A DNA stretch of 10,789 nt from a virus (taxonomy: Duplodnaviria; Heunggongvirae; Uroviricota; Caudoviricetes), in IMG/VR virus record IMGVR_UViG_2917849834_000008, positions 1-10,789 of that record; one strand, 5' to 3'. Below the pieces are notes generated by a model that made no database searches, had not been told where the DNA came from, and was given only the letters and a program-made list of their open reading frames with translations. Positions within the stretch are counted from its first letter, which is position 1. The number at the start of each line of letters is the position of its first letter. The translations under genes were made by a program, and so were the position numbers. Below, piece by piece: positions 1-7,291 of this stretch.

Positions 1-1056
1 TCCAACACCGCACAGAGCCATAACGGCGACCTGTACGTCGATGAGATTTTCTGGATCCCGAATTTTCAGGTACTGCGTAAAGTGGCATCAGGTATGGCCT
101 CACAGAGTCACCTGCGCTCGACCTATTTCTCCACCCCGTCCACGCTGGCGCACGACGCCTACCCGTTCTGGTCGGGTGAACTGTTTAACCGGGGACGCGC
201 CAGCGCCGCCGAACGCGTGGAAATCGACGTCAGTCATAACGCCCTTGCCGGTGGGCTTCTCTGTGCGGACGGCCAGTGGCGGCAGATTGTCACCATTGAG
301 GACGCCCTGAAAGGTGGCTGCACACTGTTCGACATTGAGCAGCTCAAACGCGAAAACAGCGCCGACGATTTTAAAAACCTGTTCATGTGTGAATTTGTTG
401 ACGACAAGGCGTCGGTGTTCCCGTTCGAGGAGCTGCAACGCTGCATGGTCGACACGCTGGAAGAATGGGAAGACTATGCGCCGTTTGCCGCGAATCCGTT
501 CGGCTCCCGTCCGGTATGGATTGGTTACGACCCGTCACACCGTGGCGACAGTGCCGGATGCGTGGTGCTGGCACCGCCGGTGGTGGCCGGTGGCAAATTC
601 AGAATACTTGAGCGTCACCAGTGGAAAGGCATGGACTTTGCCACCCAGGCGGAATCCATCCGCAAACTCACCGAAAAATATAACGTCGAATACATCGGTA
701 TTGATGCCACCGGCCTCGGTGTCGGCGTGTTCCAGCTCGTGCGCTCGTTCTATCCCGCCGCGCGCGATATCCGCTACACGCCGGAAATGAAAACCGCAAT
801 GGTGCTCAAGGCAAAAGACGTTATCCGTCGTGGCTGTCTGGAATATGACGTCAGCGCCACCGACATCACCAGCTCGTTCATGGCTATCCGCAAGACCATG
901 ACCAGCAGCGGACGCAGCGCCACCTATGAAGCCAGCCGCAGCGAGGAAGCCAGCCACGCCGACCTCGCCTGGGCGACCATGCACGCCCTGTTAAATGAGC
1001 CACTCACCGCCGGTATCAGCACTCCGCTGACATCCACCATTCTGGAGTTTTACTGA
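1..1056 (+). CDS. P: Terminase large (ATPase) subunit, P2 gpP-like; 3' portion only, 5' end lies upstream of the window
   Basis: Frame 1 is open from position 1 with no stop and runs into ORF 82..1056 (the GTG at 82 is not the real start). Stop TGA 1054-1056 overlaps the Q start (TGATG). The order P -> Q -> cos matches the P2 left end. Family assigned from recalled similarity to P2 gpP, not from a search. Confidence 0.8.
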   Translation, partial: SNTAQSHNGDLYVDEIFWIPNFQVLRKVASGMASQSHLRSTYFSTPSTLAHDAYPFWSGELFNRGRASAAERVEIDVSHNALAGGLLCADGQWRQIVTIEDALKGGCTLFDIEQLKRENSADDFKNLFMCEFVDDKASVFPFEELQRCMVDTLEEWEDYAPFAANPFGSRPVWIGYDPSHRGDSAGCVVLAPPVVAGGKFRILERHQWKGMDFATQAESIRKLTEKYNVEYIGIDATGLGVGVFQLVRSFYPAARDIRYTPEMKTAMVLKAKDVIRRGCLEYDVSATDITSSFMAIRKTMTSSGRSATYEASRSEEASHADLAWATMHALLNEPLTAGISTPLTSTILEFY

Positions 1057-2090
1057 TGAGCAAGAAAAAAGGGAAAACACCGCAACCTGCGACAAAAACA
1101 ATGACCGCCAGCGCCCCGAAAATGGAGGCATTCACCTTTGGTGAGCCGGTGCCGGTACTCGACCGCCGTGACATTCTGGATTACGTCGAGTGCATCAGTA
1201 ACGGCAGATGGTATGAGCCACCGGTCAGCTTTACCGGTCTGGCAAAAAGCCTGCGTGCTGCCGTGCATCACAGCTCACCGATTTACGTCAAACGCAATAT
1301 TCTGGCTTCAACGTTTATCCCGCACCCGTGGCTTTCCCAGCAGGATTTCAGCCGCTTTGTGCTGGATTTTCTGGTGTTCGGTAATGCGTTTCTGGAAAAG
1401 CGTTACAGCACCACCGGTAAGGTCATCAGACTGGAAACCTCACCGGCAAAATATACCCGCCGTGGTGTGGAAGAGGATGTTTACTGGTGGGTGCCGTCCT
1501 TCAACGAGCCGACAGCCTTCGCGCCCGGCTCCGTGTTTCACCTGCTGGAGCCGGATATTAATCAGGAGCTGTACGGCCTGCCGGAATATCTCAGCGCCCT
1601 TAACTCTGCCTGGCTGAATGAGTCGGCCACGTTGTTCCGCCGAAAGTATTACGAAAACGGCGCTCATGCCGGATATATCATGTATATCACCGACGCATTG
1701 CAGGATCGCGATTACATTGATTCACTTCGCGAAAACATGGCCAGGTCGAAAGGCCGCAATAACTTTAATAATCTGTTTCTCTATGCCCCACAGGGAAAGC
1801 CAGACGGCATCAAAATTATCCCGCTCAGTGAAGTGGCGACAAAGGACGATTTTTTTAATATCAAAAAATCCAGCGCCGCTGACCTGCTGGACGCGCACCG
1901 CATCCCCTTTCAGTTGATGGGCGGCAAGCCGGAGAACGTCGGGTCGCTGGGTGATATTGAGAAAGTGGCTAAGGTCTTTGTCCGCAATGAGCTTATCCCG
2001 TTACAGGACAGGATTCGCGAGATAAATGGTTGGCTCGGTCAGGAGGTCATCCGCTTTAAAAACTACTCACTGGACACTGACAACGGCTGA
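1056..2090 (+). CDS. Q: Portal (capsid vertex) protein, P2 gpQ-like
   Basis: 344 aa ORF, the size I recall for P2 gpQ. Start ATG overlaps the P stop by 1 nt. Followed by a strong terminator and, about 170 bp downstream, the cos site, as in P2. Typical high-GC enterobacterial coding composition. Confidence 0.85.
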   Translation: MSKKKGKTPQPATKTMTASAPKMEAFTFGEPVPVLDRRDILDYVECISNGRWYEPPVSFTGLAKSLRAAVHHSSPIYVKRNILASTFIPHPWLSQQDFSRFVLDFLVFGNAFLEKRYSTTGKVIRLETSPAKYTRRGVEEDVYWWVPSFNEPTAFAPGSVFHLLEPDINQELYGLPEYLSALNSAWLNESATLFRRKYYENGAHAGYIMYITDALQDRDYIDSLRENMARSKGRNNFNNLFLYAPQGKPDGIKIIPLSEVATKDDFFNIKKSSAADLLDAHRIPFQLMGGKPENVGSLGDIEKVAKVFVRNELIPLQDRIREINGWLGQEVIRFKNYSLDTDNG

Positions 2091-2095
2091 ACATC

Positions 2096-2117
2096 GCCGC
2101 CTGCGGGCGGCTTTTTT
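2096..2117 (+). terminator. Rho-independent terminator downstream of Q
   Basis: Perfect 6-bp GC stem gccgcc (2096-2101) / ggcggc (2106-2111) with 4-nt loop tgcg, followed immediately by TTTTTT (2112-2117), 6 nt after the Q stop codon. Confidence 0.7.
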
Positions 2118-2259
2118 ACACCCCGCCATCACGCCCTCACACGCTCACCACAGCACAAAACAGCCCGCAGACACACCAACGCCCCGGCGAACAATCTAAA
2201 CGCCATCACGACGTGCTCAGACGCTGAAAAAATAAAATCAGCACCACCGCCAGCGCGCA

Positions 2260-2278
2260 GTGCTTTCCCCGCCTCGCC
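2260..2278. other. cos: Phage cohesive-end site (cos), P2-type 19-nt sequence, present in joined form
   Basis: gtgctttccccgcctcgcc at 2260-2278 is the exact reverse complement of GGCGAGGCGGGGAAAGCAC, which I recall as the 19-nt P2 cohesive end. It sits between the Q 3' end and the old/tin-equivalent region, as expected for a prophage or circular form. Confidence 0.6.
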
Positions 2279-2565
2279 CGCCCGCTTCGTGAGGCGGTTT
2301 TAATGCACTTGCATGAATGGCCTAAAGTACGCCAGTTCTGACACTGCAAAGTTAGAAAATGCCTGACAGGCACATGCAAAATGATGCATCAAATGAATTC
2401 ATACTGAAATAACCCCCCAACCACATAGCTAAGCATCCACATCTTTACATCTAACTCACTAAATTCTCTTGAATAAATCAAAAAGTTAGGTTAGATCTCT
2501 GTCGTTGAGGAAGGCAACCTCGAACACTTAAGGCTAAATATAAAAAGAATAAAAAGAGGGATAAA

Positions 2566-2853
2566 ATGAAATTAAAACTCAAAAACGTAACAAGCTATCA
2601 TAAAGAATATTTTACTGAGTTAGATTTATCCAAAAAAATAAACATATTGTATGGACAAAATGGTTGTGGAAAATCTACCATATCAAATTATTTTTACAAT
2701 CCTAAAGACACCGCCTATAAGGAATGTGTATGCGAACCCATCGATAATTATCGAACTCTAGTCTACAACTCAAAATATATAGAAGATAATTTTTATAATG
2801 CAAAAGAGCAAAAAGGTATATTTACCCTCAGTCAAAAAAAATGCAGAAATTGA
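2566..2853 (+). CDS. N-terminal fragment (Walker A / P-loop) of an AAA_13-like ABC/SMC-type ATPase, RloC-like; frame broken at an A8 tract
   Basis: Good SD (aagaggg, 2554-2560) 5 nt before ATG 2566. Translation contains the P-loop GQNGCGKST. Only 95 aa, then stop at 2851-2853; the downstream ORF in the -1 frame carries the rest of the ATPase motifs. Very AT-rich, unlike the flanking phage genes. Confidence 0.6.
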   Translation: MKLKLKNVTSYHKEYFTELDLSKKINILYGQNGCGKSTISNYFYNPKDTAYKECVCEPIDNYRTLVYNSKYIEDNFYNAKEQKGIFTLSQKKCRN

Positions 2854-4775
2854 AAAAAATACTATCTGAAAAAGAAGAGCTAAACAAATCACTAGCACAT
2901 CAGCATAAAGAAAAAAAAGAATTTATCGAAAAACTTCATGAAGCGAAAAACAAAAAAGAGCAAGAGTGCATAAATTCCATATGGAATAAGACCAAAGACA
3001 TAAGAAGTTCAGAATTAAAACAATTAATGAAAGGTCAAATAGGAAGCAAAGCCACTTTCTATTACCATCTAAAAAAGTATACTCCACAAACTGATATTGA
3101 TATAAAATCATTAATACAATCTTATAGCAAACTTCTCGAGTTTAAAGGAAAAGAAATACCTCTGATAACTCCTTATAAAGGATATGTTTTATCTGAAGAA
3201 ACTCAAAAAACATTATCCACACCAATTATTGACTCTAGCAACAGCTATTTATCTGAAGCAATAAAAGAGCTACAAAATATTGATTGGATTAAACAAGGCA
3301 AAGAGCAATATTTAAATGGAGAAATTTGTCCATTTTGCCAAAGGGACACAATAGATGATAATTTTATTAAAGCCATTGAATCTATCTTTGATGAAACATA
3401 CTCAAGAAAAGTAGATCAAATACAACAAATAAAACTATCTTATGATAATGCCATTAAAAATCATCATGAAGAAATAAAGAGTAACATTTTATCATGTGAG
3501 GTGATAAACCAAGACGAAAAAGATAAAAGTCTTTCATATGTTAAGGCGTTAGAAACTATTGCAGAAAAAAACATTAAATTATTGGATAATAAAATAGAAA
3601 ATCCATCTATAAGCATTGTGCTGGAGTTTGAAAAGTCGATAGAGGAAAAACTATTAGAAGATATAGAACAATACAACAATAAAATTAACGAGTTCAATGA
3701 CAAAGTAAAAAGATTTAATAATAGCGAAATAGATATTCGCGAAAAGATGTGGGCAGCAATCAGAGACTTATGTAGCGCGGAATTTGAAATACTATCAGAC
3801 TGCGAAAGAAACTTTCAAGAAAAATATGAAAACGCTGCATCCTTCATGCAGGAAATAAAAAGAAAAGAAGAGATCAACACAAATGAAATCAATGAACTAA
3901 GAAATAAAACATCAAGTGTAGATGCAACAATAGATGCAATAAACTCACGACTTAAATTTCTTGGCATCTCTGGTTTTAGCATTGATAAACACGCCGAACT
4001 CAAAGATAAGTATATAATATCCCGCGATGGAAACAATAGAAAACAAGATGTATATCGGTCATTAAGCGAAGGTGAAAAAACATTAATAACGTTTCTATAT
4101 TTTTTAGAATGTTGCAAGGGTAAAACAAATGAAAATGATAATGATATGCGTGATAAACTCATAGTTATAGATGATCCTATATCAAGTCTATCTCAAAACT
4201 ATGTTTTCGACATAGCATCCATGATCCATCATGACATAATTGAAAAAGGCATTTCATCAAAAATAATAATCCTCACCCATAATCTTTATTTCTTCCATGA
4301 GTTAATAAAACTCGCCTCTAAAAAAGGAATAAACTTTAAACGGGACTACTTTCTTGGCAGAATAAACAAAAATGAATTTAGCACCATTAGTGCTATAGAT
4401 AAAAAAAGTGTGCAAAATGAATACCAATCCCTTTGGCAAGTATTAAAAGATGCAAAAGAGAAAAAAATCAACAAAATAATAATCCCAAATATTATGAGAA
4501 ATATACTTGAGTATTACTTTGCATTTGTTCATAGAACTGACGCATTAGAGGAAAAGCTTACTGAATTAACAAATGATGAAAATAACAGCCATTTCCGTGC
4601 CTTTTACAGATATATAAACAGAGGCTCTCACTCCGACGCAATAAATATAACAGACATGGGCGATATTGAACCTGAGAAATACTTAGAACTCTTGCACAAA
4701 ATATTCAGAATGACTGGTGATGAGAAACATTACTTAACAATGATGGGTGAAGAAGAGGTAAATGTTACCGCTTAG
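2841..4775 (+). CDS. Main part of RloC-like AAA_13 ATPase: coiled coil with CxxC zinc hook, ABC signature-like and Walker B motifs, C-terminal putative anticodon-nuclease-like domain
   Basis: 644 aa ORF. Lys/Glu-rich predicted coiled-coil region (aa ~1-400) with CPFC at aa 163-166 (nt 3327-3338). LSEGEK (aa 408-413), DKLIVIDDP (aa 438-446) and ILTHN (aa 477-481) match ABC-type signature / Walker B / H-loop. C-terminal ~150 aa contain MRNILEYYFAFVHR...SHFRAFYRY. This frame is open from 2799 and overlaps the upstream ORF across the A8 tract 2834-2841. Confidence 0.7.
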   Translation: MQKLKKILSEKEELNKSLAHQHKEKKEFIEKLHEAKNKKEQECINSIWNKTKDIRSSELKQLMKGQIGSKATFYYHLKKYTPQTDIDIKSLIQSYSKLLEFKGKEIPLITPYKGYVLSEETQKTLSTPIIDSSNSYLSEAIKELQNIDWIKQGKEQYLNGEICPFCQRDTIDDNFIKAIESIFDETYSRKVDQIQQIKLSYDNAIKNHHEEIKSNILSCEVINQDEKDKSLSYVKALETIAEKNIKLLDNKIENPSISIVLEFEKSIEEKLLEDIEQYNNKINEFNDKVKRFNNSEIDIREKMWAAIRDLCSAEFEILSDCERNFQEKYENAASFMQEIKRKEEINTNEINELRNKTSSVDATIDAINSRLKFLGISGFSIDKHAELKDKYIISRDGNNRKQDVYRSLSEGEKTLITFLYFLECCKGKTNENDNDMRDKLIVIDDPISSLSQNYVFDIASMIHHDIIEKGISSKIIILTHNLYFFHELIKLASKKGINFKRDYFLGRINKNEFSTISAIDKKSVQNEYQSLWQVLKDAKEKKINKIIIPNIMRNILEYYFAFVHRTDALEEKLTELTNDENNSHFRAFYRYINRGSHSDAINITDMGDIEPEKYLELLHKIFRMTGDEKHYLTMMGEEEVNVTA

Positions 4776-5002
4776 GCCGCATATTACCGATTCGGGTAAG
4801 AACGACGGTGCTTACGCACCGTCTCCCAGCGCCCAAAGCGGTAGCGGTTGTACTGTCGTACATTCACTAACCTTAACATGAGATTATCTCCATGCCGGCA
4901 CCATTGTTGCCAATGGCAGCCTTTATACCCTTTGTATAAAGCTAATACTAAGAGCATTGCTAGGTAGATTTCCCAAGCGGTAACGTGGGTATTCTAAGAC
5001 AA

Positions 5003-7291
5003 TTACTTAAAAAGATCAAAGCCACTAAAAAACTGCTTCCACTCACCACTTATTGGATATATAAACTTTCGTCCGTCAAACTTTACCGTCGCGCCACGCG
5101 CCAGCGCCTCAAGCTCCCATCGCTGCGGCCTGATACCGTTCTGAGCAAGGTCAACGCGGATACGGGTAATTTGCATTCTTTCCGACCGGGTCAGTCTGGC
5201 CGATGGTGCAATTTCATGTGGTTTTAACGGGCTTCCGTTTCTTTGCTGACGGTTTGGCGTTCTCAGGTCGTGTTTTAATGCGCCCCTGAGCGCCCTCACG
5301 ACCTCCGGTTCACTCCATTCAATAACACCGTCATCAACCAGATTAAGCACTGCTGCGGCGTGCTCAGAAGGTGTGGGAGCCGATAACGAAGTATTACCGC
5401 CGGTGAGCTTTCCACAGTTATTGACAGGACTCCGAGGCGCGGCGATGCCGCTTTTTAAAGTCAAAGGCTCAACGACCGGAACTTTCGGCACAATGCGCCA
5501 GTCCGTCGTTCTGGTGATATGAATATGACGCGCGCCGAGATGCGGCGCGTAAATGCCGACCACTCTCTCGACTTCTTCCTCGTACTCGTTAACGTCATCC
5601 GACGTGCTACGGGCAACCCTGACAGTCTGACAATCGCGCGGGACATTTGCCCCGCCCTGCGCGCTGATATACAACGCAAAATCACCACTGTCTGCGGCGG
5701 CGCGTGCAGCCTCGACGCGTTCGTCAAACTCATCAGCAATGCTGACGCCGCGAGGCAATTTGCGTAGTTCACGGTAAGCCCCCATTGTCGGCAGACCAAC
5801 CGTTTTAAATTGCGGAATGCGCCACGTTGACGCCCATGCGGTAACAGCCGCAGCAGTATCTTTCAGCGGCCTGCCGGTATCGTTATCGAGCTGACCATCC
5901 AGTGCATAGCCATCGATGTTTTTTGAGATGTATTTCGCGATATATCCCGCAGCACCGCCCCGGTTAAGGTGTTTTGCCTGAAAACGGTTTCGCGCGGCTC
6001 CTCTTTCGTCGCCATCCTCTTTGAGCGCATAGCGACGCATGATTTCGATAATCTGGTTACGCTGGCGTGGATTACAAAAAAGCATCATATGCCAGTGCGG
6101 CGTTCCGTCGTGGTGTGGCTCGACGACACGCAAACCGTAGACCTGTAAATCATTATCCTTGAATGCCGTGCGCATCAGGCTCCAGATATGGCAGAGATAA
6201 CGCTGCGCATCCTTTGGATTAAATGCCTCATCGTTCCAGCCGTGATTTAGCTGGACGGTTTTACTTTCGCCTTTTCCGACCTGACGTGTCGGGTGATACT
6301 TTGACGGCGTGGTCAGCGTGATAAACATCCCCACATCACCCTCTGCGGCGGCGTAACGCTCAATACCGGCAATGGTGTTCATCAGCTCCATCCGGCGAAT
6401 TTCAGGATTAGAAATACTGCCCATCACCTTACTGATAAGGTCGATGCGCTCGCCGGTTTCCCTGTTTTCAAGGTCACACGATTTAAGAAATTCCAGATTT
6501 GCCTGGCGGCGCGCACGCACATCACGAATGGCGTGTTTACTGGCATAAGGAGAACGGTCTTTATTGACCTCCCCGACAGCTATCAGTAACGCTTCATGCC
6601 AGCGCATACGCTGGCCTTTAAGCTGATGAGTCCACCACTCATCGTTAAACAGACGGGCAATTGCAGAATATGCCTGCCTCGTGGTCATCTGTCCTTTACG
6701 GTATTTTTTCCAGTAGAGAGGGGAAATATTGAAAGCACGTGCAGCGCCAGCAACATGACCATAGAGGTGAGCCTGCGCCTCATCCGTAAACAGCGATTCT
6801 TTTTCGCCATGCGCATCCCCCCAGGCATCGCTGAGTTCCTCATACATCATGAAAAGCTGCGATGAGATACGGGCAGCAAACTTTTTCAGCTCCTTGTCAT
6901 TCATTCCCGGCAGGCGCGCATAGTGGTCACGCTCTGCCAGAAACAGTAACGACGCGTCGGTGTTCATTTCATGGCGCTGATTCACACGCTCAATGCGCGG
7001 CCATAAACGACGCTGAAAAGTGGATGTGAGGAAATAAAACCCGTGCACCGGGCTTTTATTGCGCCGGATGTAGTCATAGCGTGAAGTAAACAGCGAACGC
7101 AAAAAGTAAGGCAGGCGGTTAATCGTGGATAAAACACCTTGCACCTGACGCATCTCGTCACGTGTAAGGGGTCTTTCGCGCCCGACGGCCTCGCGTGGCG
7201 CGTTCCATGCATAAGCACCGGTAAACGTCTTACCGGTGCCTGCGGCAAATGCTGACGGAGGGACAAAACGCCCGGAGGCTTTAACGGCCAT
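5003..7291 (-). CDS. A: Replication initiation protein, P2 gpA-like rolling-circle initiator
   Basis: Large minus-strand ORF (track 5003..7333, 776 aa with a TTG start at 7333). The first ATG at 7289-7291 starts MAVKASGRF, which I recall as the P2 gpA N-terminus, and gives ~762 aa. Contains the HxH-like segment PHHDGTPHWHMMLF. Located between the cargo and the B/cox region as in P2. Confidence 0.85.
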   Translation of the reverse strand: MAVKASGRFVPPSAFAAGTGKTFTGAYAWNAPREAVGRERPLTRDEMRQVQGVLSTINRLPYFLRSLFTSRYDYIRRNKSPVHGFYFLTSTFQRRLWPRIERVNQRHEMNTDASLLFLAERDHYARLPGMNDKELKKFAARISSQLFMMYEELSDAWGDAHGEKESLFTDEAQAHLYGHVAGAARAFNISPLYWKKYRKGQMTTRQAYSAIARLFNDEWWTHQLKGQRMRWHEALLIAVGEVNKDRSPYASKHAIRDVRARRQANLEFLKSCDLENRETGERIDLISKVMGSISNPEIRRMELMNTIAGIERYAAAEGDVGMFITLTTPSKYHPTRQVGKGESKTVQLNHGWNDEAFNPKDAQRYLCHIWSLMRTAFKDNDLQVYGLRVVEPHHDGTPHWHMMLFCNPRQRNQIIEIMRRYALKEDGDERGAARNRFQAKHLNRGGAAGYIAKYISKNIDGYALDGQLDNDTGRPLKDTAAAVTAWASTWRIPQFKTVGLPTMGAYRELRKLPRGVSIADEFDERVEAARAAADSGDFALYISAQGGANVPRDCQTVRVARSTSDDVNEYEEEVERVVGIYAPHLGARHIHITRTTDWRIVPKVPVVEPLTLKSGIAAPRSPVNNCGKLTGGNTSLSAPTPSEHAAAVLNLVDDGVIEWSEPEVVRALRGALKHDLRTPNRQQRNGSPLKPHEIAPSARLTRSERMQITRIRVDLAQNGIRPQRWELEALARGATVKFDGRKFIYPISGEWKQFFSGFDLFK
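5421..5440 (-). other. ori: Putative origin of replication (gpA nick site) inside the A coding region
   Basis: ttgacaggactccgaggcgc on the + strand is the reverse complement of GCGCCTCGGAGTCCTGTCAA, which I recall as the P2 ori nick region. The P2 ori is known to lie within gene A. The match is exact but the reference sequence is from memory. Confidence 0.45.

Noticed and set aside
100-984. Several ORFs overlapping gene P on both strands (100..438 -, 234..455 -, 314..790 +, 383..574 -, 535..984 -, 41..310 +)
   Set aside because: Shadow ORFs inside a high-GC coding region; Arg/Ala/Pro-rich low-complexity translations, no start signals, and they conflict with the well-supported terminase frame.
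1050-1917. ORFs overlapping portal gene Q (1050..1271 -, 1138..1617 +, 1440..1667 -, 1618..1917 +)
   Set aside because: Alternative-frame or antisense ORFs within the portal gene; no independent support.
2269-2302. Hairpin ccgcctc ... gaggcgg followed by tttta overlapping the cos site, as a possible terminator
   Set aside because: 15-nt loop and overlap with the cos recognition sequence make a packaging-related structure or chance complementarity more likely than a terminator.
2300-2565. Possible promoter, small ORFs and short palindromes (e.g. atgaattcat) upstream of the cargo gene
   Set aside because: Only very short ORFs (12-17 aa) without RBS. Candidate -35/-10 hexamers (e.g. ttgaat at 2469-2474 with tagatc 17 bp downstream) are weak and ambiguous in AT-rich sequence, so I could not place a promoter with confidence.
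2923-4162. Antisense ORFs inside the cargo ATPase gene (2923..3111 -, 3464..3703 -, 3815..4162 -)
   Set aside because: Leu/Ser/Phe/Ile-rich translations, as expected from reading an AT-rich Lys/Glu-rich gene backwards; no RBS and fully contained in the sense gene.
2566-4775. Cargo protein as a P2 Old-type (OLD family ATPase-Toprim nuclease) or Tin homologue
   Set aside because: Old/Tin are what P2 carries here, but I saw no Toprim-like acidic motif region, and the long coiled coil with CxxC hook does not fit class 1 OLD architecture; treated as RloC-like instead.
4878-4967. 29-codon Cys/His-rich small ORF (MRLSPCRHHCCQWQPLYPLYKANTKSIAR) in the spacer downstream of the cargo gene
   Set aside because: No Shine-Dalgarno sequence and no supporting context; most likely chance.
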